A stretch of 64,000 bases of DNA, taken from IMG/VR virus record IMGVR_UViG_3300028048_000065, positions 85,499 through 149,498 of that record; one strand, given 5' to 3'. Of the stretch, positions 48,922-59,594 are shown one piece after another. The DNA is from a virus. Its lineage: Duplodnaviria; Caudoviricetes. The number at the start of each line of letters is the position of its first letter. The first letter of the stretch is position 1. The position numbers and the translations under genes were made by a program. The notes under the pieces were generated by a model. That model was not told the DNA's origin and did no database searches. It saw only the letters and a program-made list of their open reading frames with translations.

Positions 48922-49134
48922 CCTGCACCACCTTTCATTTTTATAAATGAGTGGAGTATATTGCAACTCCACTCATATAAAAATCACTTTATGTCTCTCT
49001 CATCGGGTTCTTCTATCCCTAAAAGTACGTTTATTACATGACGTAAATATTCGTCTTTTATTTGATAGGTCTCCCGATTTGGGAGCTGAACCTTAGATAT
49101 ATCCATAACTTAAGCTATTTTTAAAACTTGCTAA

Positions 49135-50802
49135 TTAAGCTTTAGCGACAGGAGTAACCTCAACATCAATGGTCTTAGCAGTCTTGGTAATAACGTCGGT
49201 CTCAGGAGTGACAGCAACGCTAAAGGCAGCAGTAGCATCGGCCTTGTCGTACTTAACACCAGTAACAAGAGCGCCTACAACCTCAGTACCAACGAAGCCA
49301 AGATTAGCAGCAGTACCACTGAAGGTAGCGGCATCAATCTCAGGCTTGACATACTCAACCTTATTAACGATAGTGGCGCTATTAGTAGCGGTAAAGGCAA
49401 CATCCTTAAGAGCAGTATCAGAAGTGGTAGAAACGGAATAACGCTTACCAGTAAACACAGGAGCGTTAGCAAGAGCAGCGGCAGAAACTTCGCTTACTTT
49501 ACCAGTAGTAGCAGTCTGAAGTTCATTAGCAACGAAGGTATCAGCGGCCTTAGAACCACCAGAGAACTTAGTGATATCAATAACAGTAGCAGAACCGCCA
49601 TTGAAAGTACCAAAGTTAACATTACCAGCATTGAAGGCGCCCTGAGCGGTAACAGCATCAGCGGTAACAGCGGCGGAGAAAATCAAAGTTTCAGCGTCCT
49701 CACCAGAACCAACATTAGCAACAATACCTTCAGAAGCAAACTTTGCCTTAGAAGCCTCGCCCATAGTAGGAGCAGTATAATCAGCGCCAGTCCAAGTAGC
49801 GGCCCTACCAGCGGTATAGAAACCGGCCTGAATTGCGGCGGGAGTAAAAGCACCCTCGGTAAAGGAAGCAACCTTACCACCAGTCAAACCAGTAGCGACA
49901 GTAGCTTCTTTAGAGGTAAGTGTAATAGCAGGAGCGCTAACAGTACCCTCAATCAAAACGCCACCAGTCTCAACTTCACCAAGAGTAGCAGTCTTCAGAG
50001 CAGAGAAGGAACCACCCGCCTTAGCGGCGATAGTGCCAGTGGGAGTATAGGTAGTAGTACCAAGGTCAGCCTCAGTCTTGGTAGTAGAATCTTTAAGAGT
50101 AACAGTAATGCTACCCCCAGAAATTGCCGAGCCTGAAATTGTACCCGCAGGGGTATAGTTAGCCTTGGTAAGATTAGCATTAGCAGTCTTAGAAGTAACA
50201 GCGGCATTACCAGCAACAGTAACTTCCTTCATGGTGATGCTATCAATGGTCTGAACAGTGCCAGAACCAGAAGCCTTATCAGCGTAAGCCATAGCACCAA
50301 GCTTAAGAGCATTCTGAAGTTGCTCAACAGTAATGTTCTTATCGAGAGCAATACCAGCAATAGTAGTGGTCTTATCAACCTTGCCAGAAATATCAATGGC
50401 AGTATCGCCAATCAGTTCCCAAGAATAAGTATCGCCATTCTTAACAGTGATATATTCCTTATAAATATTCTGAGCAATACCAGTGGCGGAAGCCTTTACA
50501 AGATAAATCTTGTGGAAAGTAGCGGCAGAGGCAGTAGGAAGCTCTTCACCATCAGCAACAATAACAACATCAAACTCAGGAATAGTCTTAATCTGAGCAT
50601 CAACATAAGCCTTAACAACGGAAGCAGTAGGAAGAGCTTCTCCACCACCAGAAATATCAGCAGCAACAGCCTTCCATGCAGCAGCACCAAGAGCGCCAAG
50701 AGCATGACCACCAAGCAGTTTGGTCACATCAGCACGACCCTGAGCATCCTTAATAGTTACAGTAGTACCATTTGCAAGCTTAATCTTAGAAATTTCAGCC
50801 AT
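49135..50802 (-). CDS. Ala/Thr/Gly-rich fibre or appendage protein
   Basis: 555 aa, YTPxGTI repeats, strong codon bias. Confidence 0.65.
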   Translation of the reverse strand: MAEISKIKLANGTTVTIKDAQGRADVTKLLGGHALGALGAAAWKAVAADISGGGEALPTASVVKAYVDAQIKTIPEFDVVIVADGEELPTASAATFHKIYLVKASATGIAQNIYKEYITVKNGDTYSWELIGDTAIDISGKVDKTTTIAGIALDKNITVEQLQNALKLGAMAYADKASGSGTVQTIDSITMKEVTVAGNAAVTSKTANANLTKANYTPAGTISGSAISGGSITVTLKDSTTKTEADLGTTTYTPTGTIAAKAGGSFSALKTATLGEVETGGVLIEGTVSAPAITLTSKEATVATGLTGGKVASFTEGAFTPAAIQAGFYTAGRAATWTGADYTAPTMGEASKAKFASEGIVANVGSGEDAETLIFSAAVTADAVTAQGAFNAGNVNFGTFNGGSATVIDITKFSGGSKAADTFVANELQTATTGKVSEVSAAALANAPVFTGKRYSVSTTSDTALKDVAFTATNSATIVNKVEYVKPEIDAATFSGTAANLGFVGTEVVGALVTGVKYDKADATAAFSVAVTPETDVITKTAKTIDVEVTPVAKA

Positions 50803-50852
50803 AAATAAAAACCTCCTAATTTAATTTAAATCAAATTACATATCAAGAAAAA

Positions 50853-51380
50853 TCAATCCCAAGGCAAATCAAGAACAAGACATTCTTTATCAGAATCATC
50901 TACTTTTAATTCAATAGAATTTACACCATCAGTAATGGCTTTCTGACTCATTGTGCCATCTTCATTCTGCCCAGCAGATTGATATAATTTCATTAAACCA
51001 GCTACAGTTTCTGTAGCATATGGAGTGACAGCTTCATATGCTGAACCATTCCATACATATAGTGAGCCAGCTTCATTTTTATTTTTATAAATATGATGCT
51101 CACCTTTTTCAAGTTCTACAGTATAAGTGCTATCAGTATAAAAATTACCATTAAAATAATATCCAACAAGAATAACATTATTATTCTCATCCGTATACTC
51201 CAAATTAGCAAAACTGGTAAAACCATCACCGATTTTAGCTCTTAAACCATAAAACTCAGTATCAACAAGACAAACCTCTCCCTTTTTAGGAATAAATCTG
51301 TCTGCAACCAACAAATATTTTGCTTCGGCATCTCTCCTAAGAGAGATTCCATTTACAACAATTCTTTTTTCAGTAGCCAT
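50853..51380 (-). CDS. Fibre protein with Mtd/hyaluronidase-like N-terminal domain
   Basis: LRR...FIPKKGE...KIGDG...LEY, paralogous to the N-terminus of 51797..53140. Confidence 0.65.
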   Translation of the reverse strand: MATEKRIVVNGISLRRDAEAKYLLVADRFIPKKGEVCLVDTEFYGLRAKIGDGFTSFANLEYTDENNNVILVGYYFNGNFYTDSTYTVELEKGEHHIYKNKNEAGSLYVWNGSAYEAVTPYATETVAGLMKLYQSAGQNEDGTMSQKAITDGVNSIELKVDDSDKECLVLDLPWD

Positions 51381-51396
51381 ATCTCAGCCACCTCAC

Positions 51397-51780
51397 TTAT
51401 ACTTCAGGAGCAGAGCCACCGTCAATCCAGACGTTTTCCAAAGTCTCCATCACATCGCCAGCAACTTCATCTGCCTTGGCAATCTTATTTAAACTTCCAT
51501 CTCCACCTACAATATAGCTATTCCAATCACTTGTCGCAGCATCGAAAATACTAATATTGACACCTGAATAATCATATTTAGCAACCCAAAGCAATGCCTC
51601 AGCTTGACTTGCAAATGCAGTCTTCTTTACAATGCTTTTTAAATTGCCTTTTTCATCATAGTAACTTAATTCGGCATCCTTGTTATCATTATTAGTCACA
51701 ATCAAGCTCTCTTGGGGGATGACTTGCTGTGCAATACTGTTCTCAATCTTTGCCTTATCTACATACGCTAATTTAAACAT
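51397..51780 (-). CDS. Hypothetical virion protein
   Basis: 127 aa, C-terminal IDGG. Confidence 0.55.
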   Translation of the reverse strand: MFKLAYVDKAKIENSIAQQVIPQESLIVTNNDNKDAELSYYDEKGNLKSIVKKTAFASQAEALLWVAKYDYSGVNISIFDAATSDWNSYIVGGDGSLNKIAKADEVAGDVMETLENVWIDGGSAPEV

Positions 51781-51796
51781 TTGTCATCCTCCTTTC

Positions 51797-53140
51797 TTAA
51801 GCTTTTGCACTTACTACATAATAGCCATCAACATACTTCTGTTCATAGCCTTCTGCAATATATTTCTCAGGTACAACAGCACTAAACTTACCACCCTTAA
51901 TAACAACTTCAGGCTCTTCGCCACCACCGTTGTGCTTAAAGTTAACTTCACCATTGCTGTAGAATGTACCACCTTCAATGAGCAACTTACCAGAATTCAT
52001 TACATCATTCAATTTACGCATACCAATATTGTAAGTACCATCAGTAACTTTGAAATTACCACCCTTAACAACCATTTCGTAACCATTGTTAAAAATAGTG
52101 CCATAGAAGTTACCGTTGTTAATATAAAGCTTACCATTGTCATCATTCTTAATAACATAGAAAGCGTTAATAAATGTACCACCATTAATAGTCAATTCAG
52201 GATATTCTGCCATTTCACCAGCTTTGTAATCCGTATTGTAATCATAATAGCCATTGTCAATCATACTCGAAATAACCCGAGGAGCTTGGAAAATACCATC
52301 GTTAATTACAATATTACCATGGTTGACCATTGTATAATAAGAATTATTCTTCTCATCAACACTACGAGTATAACTACCATTCTCAATAATCAAATTACCA
52401 TTGTTGTTAATAGCAGGTTTGCCATGCTTATTACATTCAACACTACCGTTACCAGTAAGGGTCAAATTGCCATTAACACCAACATTAACAGGAGTTTTTT
52501 CATTATCTACAATTACTGCACTATTCATATCAAGAGTAAGCTTCTTATCAACATTGATTACTTCACCTACTCCAAGACCACCAGACATCTTAACTGTACC
52601 ACCATCAGGAACAGCATTAATAGCCTCGCTTGCAGTATCATACTTTACCCCATCAACAGACATGGACGTATCTTCGGCAACAGAATCGCCATAAATCTTA
52701 ATAACATCAAGGTCTGTCTTTAAAGCATATTTGTTAAGCTCTTCGTTAATTTCATTCTTAAGAGCATTAACTTCTTCTTTAGTTGCATATCCAATTAAAT
52801 CAATAGCATGGAAAATTTCCCAGCTATCGCCATCCCAGATATACATCGTGCTATCTTCGATTACCTGATAAATATCACCAACATTAGCAACTTCAGGAAG
52901 TTCAGCTTTAGTCTGAACAGAACCCTTAAAATTAAGAGCACCCTCAACTACGCCAGCATATTTAAGCTCACCCCAAGGGGTAGTACCGTCACCGATTTTA
53001 ATCTGACCTTTGTTTTTTCCGTCAAGTGTTACACAAGGCTCACCAGCTTTGGGGATAAAAGTGCCTGCAATCGCATCCCATTGAGCCTGAGTTGCACGAC
53101 GAAGAAGTATAGTTGTTTTTAAAACCTTAACATCTGCCAT
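51797..53140 (-). CDS. Fibre/spike protein: Mtd-like N-terminus plus beta-helix-like region
   Basis: LRR...IPKAGE...KIGDGTTPW and repeated I-x-G-G-x-F units. Confidence 0.7.
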   Translation of the reverse strand: MADVKVLKTTILLRRATQAQWDAIAGTFIPKAGEPCVTLDGKNKGQIKIGDGTTPWGELKYAGVVEGALNFKGSVQTKAELPEVANVGDIYQVIEDSTMYIWDGDSWEIFHAIDLIGYATKEEVNALKNEINEELNKYALKTDLDVIKIYGDSVAEDTSMSVDGVKYDTASEAINAVPDGGTVKMSGGLGVGEVINVDKKLTLDMNSAVIVDNEKTPVNVGVNGNLTLTGNGSVECNKHGKPAINNNGNLIIENGSYTRSVDEKNNSYYTMVNHGNIVINDGIFQAPRVISSMIDNGYYDYNTDYKAGEMAEYPELTINGGTFINAFYVIKNDDNGKLYINNGNFYGTIFNNGYEMVVKGGNFKVTDGTYNIGMRKLNDVMNSGKLLIEGGTFYSNGEVNFKHNGGGEEPEVVIKGGKFSAVVPEKYIAEGYEQKYVDGYYVVSAKA

Positions 53141-53235
53141 TACTTAATTCTCTTCTCCTTTCTTTAAAAACTAAAAATCAAATTTGATAAAGCACTTTTA
53201 TATTTATTTATATGTCAACATTAATTTCTTATATC

Positions 53236-53559
53236 TCAGAAATCAACGTTACCATCTAACACAATACCAGAATAATATTCTTCAAACTACTTATTTTTCC
53301 ATTTCTTATCAGCTTTATCATATATTAACAAATCACCCTCTTTAAGAGTCTCCTTATTAATATCAATATCTTTCATATCAGAAATATTCTTATCAGACTT
53401 AACTTCTTTTACCCCCACATTTAAAACACCCTTTAACCCATGAGTGCATTTTGAAGAAGTTGTTTTTATATTTTCTGGTTTATCTTGTCCAAGAAGGTTT
53501 GTACCCTCTGGCTCATAACTAAATTGCAAACTTATATCTTTATCTTTTTTCTTTGCCAT
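53236..53559 (-). CDS. Hypothetical virion protein, one TAG
   Basis: MAKKK start; GDLLIYD..KWKN motif; ends TGA 53236. Confidence 0.6.
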
Positions 53560-53578
53560 ACTACACTCCTTTCCATCT

Positions 53579-53923
53579 TTATCCGATTTCATAAAGGAGT
53601 TCGAGCATACCACTACAGATAGTATTTACATCTCCATCTTCAAAGAAAAATTGACAATCCCATAAATATTTTCCATATTCAAGAAATTTTGTGTCAATCG
53701 ACTTAATTTCTACCATCCATTGCCCTGTCTCACATTGATAAAATTCTCTTTGAATCACAGGTTTTGGAGTAGGTTCTTTTGAGGGCTAACGTGATACTGA
53801 AAATACTATCCTTTGCCCTTTACTTGGAGTATATAATGTACCATCTGGTTGATAAACATCTATCGAAAAAATTGCATCGTCACCACGAGTTAATTTTATA
53901 CTTGAACCTTTAATCTGTAACAT
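53579..53923 (-). CDS. BppU-like small baseplate protein, 114 aa, one TAG
   Basis: IKLTRGD...DTKFLEYGKYLWDCQ; absent from track. Confidence 0.65.
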
Positions 53924-54323
53924 CTGCGGTACTTAACTCCTTTCTCGTGTTGTCGTAATTATTTACTCAAAAAAATTTAAGTCTAAAAACCTTTTAACTC
54001 TAAACCTAAATTTTTGTCAATAAATAACCTTAATAAGTTCACGTTTAATTTTCAATTTAAATAAACAGGAGATTCCCCCACCCAAAAGAATCTCCTGTCT
54101 CTCCTGTGCGCCACCATATACCACACAGGCTCGCCGCATTTTTTATTAGTTTAATAGTTATTATCCTACAATTCCCCATAAACTCAGATAATAACTGTTG
54201 TGCTGATTAGCTTCTGTGTAAGTTATCAACAGTACCTTTTTAGTATTTTTTTCTTGTTAATTATAGAATATAAAATGTTGCTGTTAGCGACGAATTATTA
54301 ATTATTTTAAAATCGTTTAGTTA

Positions 54324-57300
54324 TTATCGTTTACTGTACTTCGTAAACGGATTCGCTCCACCTTTATTCGCAAACGGATTTTGCGAAGCCTTTGAAGCTG
54401 TTCCAGAACGCCTACGTTGAGCTAATAGGTCTGTAAACGCTGTTACTGGCTTCTCTTCGAGAGTGAGAGCTTCTTGTGCTCGAAGCTCCATAATAAAATT
54501 ACCAAGCATTGCACAACAGTCTACACGGTCGTCATGAAAATTACGTTGCTTCGCATCAGGTGACAATTCAAATACTATCGTACCATTCGGTCTCTTTGTC
54601 TTTTGCATAGCTACAACCTCTTCTTTTAAAAGGTCAATTTGAGCTAAACTTATCATATCTTCATAGCCAGCTTTTTCATATCTTAACTGAGTAGTACCAT
54701 CAGCAGCTTGCTCTTCAAATTCCATTTCATTACGAGCGTTCAAGGATTTCGGAAACATAATCAATCCTTGGTTTATTGCTTGTTGAGTACGTTCATAAGC
54801 CTGTACTTTATCACGCTTAAAGTTAAAAAGAACTAACTTTTTTATAGCTTCTGGATAATCGTCAAGTCTTAATTTCATATATGGGTCGTTTTCATCAATA
54901 ATACCATAATGAGATTTTCCTTGCTTATCAGTCCATGTATTTAAAAGCACTGCCGCAGCATCAAATCCGCCACCACCTGCACCAGCATCAAATTGTATAG
55001 TTAAAATATTATCATAATCTATTGCGCCCCTGTTATAATCAAGAAGCATCTATTTGACTATTTCAATTTGTTCTGGTTTTTGTATTACCATCTTATCTCC
55101 ATTTGGCAAAGTCTCAATTAAGTTTACACCATTTACTATTTTTGCCATCCAACCTCTTACTTCATCATGAATAATCTCTGCTATAAGAACAAATGAATTA
55201 TCCAATTTGGAAGCAGGGTCCCAGAAAATTGCGTATTTCTTTTCTCCATCATTGGCATATACTGGATAATAAGAATAACTATTTTTTAAAATTGTTGAAC
55301 GTTTTACAAAAACGTCCTCGCCACCATCTCTATCAAAACGATTATTATCAATAAATATATCATATATTAATATTAGACTATATCTTCTTCCCAAAAGGAA
55401 GCTCACCACTGAATTTCTTCTTTAGTCGTTGAACCTTTTCCTATTCGGAACTTGGATGCTGATTGTTTATTATTCCAATGTTTAGGTTTTAACCTTGCAT
55501 CAATCTTTATTTTCTTTCTACTTTCGTTGCATTCACACCTATTTCTTTCGAAATTATGTTGTAGCAATAAAGATATTAAAACTTTCCAGCAATTCAATGA
55601 GTTTAACATATTTCTATTAAAAATATGTGAGCTAACTTTAACTCTCTTTCCGCTTTGTAAGGATTAGTAGCAAATGCGTTATCCACCTCATCTTGTGTAA
55701 TCAAAGGTCTCATCGGTTTTCCATTCATCATTGGATGTAATGAAAAACTACAATCTATATCACACACAAAATAATTAGGGTCGCCTTGTAACATTTTTTC
55801 AAATGCCATTTTATATTGGTCAAAAAGTTCACTATCAATTCCTTCTGCCGAAGATAGCAATAACTTTTTGTTCGGTAATTGTAATGGATAAAGGTCTGTA
55901 TTTATTCCTTCACCCGTTATAAAGTTGGTATCTTGTGCTGTAAACGGACGTGACAGGGCATAGAAATTCCTGTCGATTTTCAATTATATTAACTTCTTTT
56001 CTCAAAGAAGATTAGACTATATCTTCGCTTTTTGCGCTCCCTGTTTCGGATTATTCCTATTAGTCGTTGAACCTCTTCCTCTTCGGATTTTGGCGGCTGA
56101 TTGCCTAAATTTAAATATTTTTAAACCTTCACACTTGACCTTTAAAATCTATGTTGTAGTTATTTAAATATAAAGGGATTCCAGCCATTAAGGGAGTTCG
56201 GGCAAATCTTCACCCGCTTCGTCATAAACCATTTTTATATTAGCTTTTTCTCTCAAAAAAGATTAGACTATATCTTATTCTTTTCAGAATCTTTCCATTA
56301 CGAAAAATCTTTCGTCTTAGTCGTTGAATCTTACTCTATTCAAGTCTTGACTGCTGATTATCTATTGATACAATTTTTAGGATTTAACCTTGAACCATCT
56401 AAACAATTTTTTCTACTTTCGTCGCATTCACACTTGCTTCTTTCGAAACTATGTTGTAGCTTGTTTAGCTTTAAGATTTTCCAGCAATTAAAAAAGTTAT
56501 TTTTCTAACATATTTCTATGAAAGTTAGCGTTTTTTCACTAAAATTGGACCTTATACCAACTATATTTTTAATAACACTGTTCAAAGTGTTAATTGTGCT
56601 ACCATTATATAATTCTACACTATAGCTCTGTTTTGCATGAGTAAACGGGTCTGCCGTGGAATTCATTCTTACACATTCATCCAAAAATACGGAACTCACT
56701 CCTATAACAGATGCAATATTTCCTTTTGCAAGGTCTTCAAGCTTTGTAAATGTACCTTGAGCCTGACCTCCGCTTGGAGCCATAATATATGTATTTGTGT
56801 TTGGAAGTAATAATGCTCTTGCCATCATAAATGGAGTCACAAGATAACTATTATGCGTTACCGTGTAATTATTACCACAGAGAAACAACCCCGATGGATT
56901 ATCTACTGTAATACAACGCATTGCTATTTTGTTTCCAGTTTTTCTTATGGCTTTTATTTTCTTTTTTCCTTCTTTTACTTTCGGGACAAAAAAGCGAGAT
57001 TCCTATCCCATCTTCTTTAAAATAGCCCCAGTTTCCAATGTTTTCCACTTATTATCGCAAGAATCAAACACTTTCCACAGATGTTCAGAATTGCAAGAAA
57101 TCTTCTCTCCATCTTCAAATTCAACAACATATTCGTTTTCAATAACGATTGGATTAAGATGGATTACTTCTGTTAAATTTCCACTTTCATTATATATTAC
57201 ATCACCAACTTTAAGGTCTCCAATTGTTTTCTTTTCTATTTTTTCACCTCTGTCAGTTGTGCGATAATATACAGGAGTATCAAGCGAAACGGCCTTGCCG

Positions 57301-57515
57301 CTGTTTCTGCCCATAAGCCAAACAACATTTGCAGGAATCCAACTGCTCATTAACACATATTTCTACATATCTGTTAATTGCAGTTTAAAAAAATCTTCAA
57401 TAAATCTGGTGGGATTTGCTCGACCCCATCTTATAATTTTACAGTATTTATCAAAAATCTCTTTTCTTTTTGGTAAAATCTCACAATCAAGCAAATTAAA
57501 AATAGGGCTAACCAT
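54324..57515 (-). CDS. terL: Terminase large subunit; exons 57515-56538, 56229-56212, 55980-55641, 55348-54324; contains an intein; ~638 aa mature
   Basis: Q motif LTDM-Q(TAG), Walker A GRNSGK-S, Walker B VYDEAG, REY, nuclease WDPA and HDDRVD reconstructed after splicing. Confidence 0.92.
55349..55640 (-). mobile_element. Group I intron (TerL intron 3), 292 nt
   Basis: P/Q/R/S motifs; exon GAGU pairs with GCUC; splice restores AERE-Y-NNRF. Confidence 0.9.
55981..56211 (-). mobile_element. Group I intron (TerL intron 2), 231 nt
   Basis: AATGGCTGGAA, AATCAGCCG, TTCAACGACTA and AAGATATAGTC motifs; exon CGGGU pairs with GCCCG; ends in G. Confidence 0.9.
56230..56537 (-). mobile_element. Group I intron (TerL intron 1), 308 nt
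   Basis: P/Q/R/S motifs; exon UUAGU pairs with GCUAA; ends in G. Confidence 0.9.
56850..57293 (-). mobile_element. Class 3 mini-intein in TerL (148 aa)
   Basis: Starts with Ala (AVSLDTPV) right after the Walker A Lys, ends VTHN before Ser. WCT signature (EHLW, MRCITV, THN); no endonuclease domain. Confidence 0.88.
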
Positions 57516-59173
57516 TAGTAACCACCCCATTCTGAACCGTTTTCTTCAGCTATTTCTTTTGCTTTTTCTTCCAAATCTCTTTTTGTCATTTCATATTTTA
57601 ACTTGCGATTCTCTTCTTGAAGAGCATCTTTTTCTCTCGTAAGTTTTTGAATCCTTTGTAATTGCTCAGTACACTGTTTAGCATATTCCGCATCACTCAT
57701 ACTAAGCTGATTAAAAATAGCTTTAAAACTTGCATTGGCGGCTTGTTCAATACTCTTACTTGTTTCAATGTCATACATATTAAGTATAGCATCTTCATAT
57801 TTCATTTCATTCATCTTAGCCATAATGCCAGTAAACGAATTTTCACCCTTAGCTTTAGCTATAGCATAACGCTCACCAAAGCCATTATCACGACTAAATT
57901 TAGTAATTGTATCAAGTTGTTTATTTTTCAGGTCAGCTAAATTTTTCAATTCAGCTACACTTCCATCGCCAGACATCATTCGTCTTTCTCTCTCGTTTAA
58001 TTCACGAATGCGAGAAAAAGCTAAAACAATTTGACAAGCAGCTTGGACTTTCAAACCATCAAGTTCCATACCAGCTTCAAGCATACCCAACAAATCCTTG
58101 TAAAGTATTTTACGATTTTCCTCTGGTTCAAAATAAAACGGGTCATAGCCAACATTTTTCAAAACTAATCTTTTAGCTTCTAAATCTTGCTTGCTCCACC
58201 CATTTTCAGTATCATCACCAACACTACCGTCTTTGCTATTAATAATCTTTTTATCTTTATCCTGTCTACCATTACCATTTACTCCACTGCTACCAATCAT
58301 TCCTTGAATATCTTTACTTTCAAGAAATACTTTTCCTTTAGCAGTAGCACTTTGATTCATAATAGACATATAACTATCAATAATATGTTTTTTACTATCT
58401 TTTTTAGAACACTCTTGTTTGGCCTATAGATAAATTGTCTCATCATAATAAATATTCAAAGCACTACAAAACCACATCATCGCAACTTGACCATCTTCTT
58501 TTGCTTTTTCAAAAAACAAATATTCATATAGTCTTTTACAACAATCTTTACATAAATGAGTGTGCATTTTACCTGTTGGTTCAACTCTTGCCAAATCCAT
58601 CTCATTATAATTGAGATAATATTCGCCTTGGGGCAAAGGTCTACCACAACAAGTACAAACATATTTGTTGTATAATGGAACATATCTTCCAAAATATTTC
58701 ATCCATACTGTATAATATTTTTGTAAATATTCAGGAACATTAATTCCATCTTCTTTTTTCTTTTTACTTTTACTCTTTTTGCCAGAGTTTATTTTTTCCA
58801 TTATATCAGGAGTAACATAATCTTCATCCGCAATAATTTCATTTTGCTCATCAATGCCACCCTGAAAAGCCTTTTCAGCGTCTAAATAAGTTTGAAAATC
58901 AATCTTATTTATTTCGCCCGTTTCTTTATCTCTAAAGAATTCAATTGGCTCTAAAAAAGCATTTATATCAATAGAATCTTCAAGTTTAGGTGCGCCATCA
59001 TTACCAATAATTTCAAGCATGGCTTTTTGTCTTTCTGTGCCAAGGGCTTTTTTCCAGCCTTCACCAAAATTAGCCTTTTTATTTTGAAGTTCCATTTTCT
59101 TTTGAATAGCATTAATTTCCTTTTCAGCTTTTTGCTATTCTCTAACTCTGGCAGCCTGACCTAATTTAGCCAT
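57515..59173 (-). CDS. Zn-finger protein upstream of TerL, possible small terminase, 552 aa with TAG=Gln
   Basis: Fragments join across TAG 58424 and one near 59135; CTCC..CKDC; TAATG coupling to terL. Confidence 0.65.
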
Positions 59174-59228
59174 AAGTCACCACCTTTTAAACCTTTTACA
59201 TATCCTAAGATAAAAATTTTATTAAATC

Positions 59229-59525
59229 TTATTCAATGACTTTGTACCATAAATCGCCAACCTTTTGATGTTTAGGTTGTTCGGTACTAATAACGACATC
59301 AACCATATCTTCATACACTTCTGTAATTTGTCGATTGGTATCGCTATAACTCTGTTCAAATTGAGTCTTTGTATTATCAAAATTAGTATTACCAGTAGTA
59401 CGGAATTCGTTTGCTGGACCAACTTTTAACTCTCCAATCTAAATAGAAGACGAAGGCATGGTAACTTCCGCGCCAGTGTCCTTATCAATAATCTTACCTG
59501 TAGTTGCATCATAAATTTTTGCCAT
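59229..59525 (-). CDS. Hypothetical virion-associated protein, 98 aa, one TAG
   Basis: ATG with GGAGG RBS; ends QKVGDLWYKVIE, like gene 47080..47544. Confidence 0.65.
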
Positions 59526-59553
59526 ATCTTCTAACCTCCTTCGTCTATACATG

Positions 59554-59578
59554 AAAAGAGGGTCAATTAAGACCCTCT
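59554..59578 (-). terminator. Terminator after endolysin
   Basis: AGAGGGTC-N6-GACCCTCT plus T run on the minus strand. Confidence 0.65.
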
Positions 59579-59594
59579 GCTATTTTATTCTTTC

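Noticed and set aside
47585-49130. Intron around the free-standing endonuclease
   Set aside because: No P/Q/R/S motifs, and the flanking genes are complete.
55403-55609. Short ORFs inside or running into introns (also the tails of 56505, 55603 and 6898 ORFs)
   Set aside because: They are translations of ribozyme sequence; the similar endings such as IEIC reflect intron homology.
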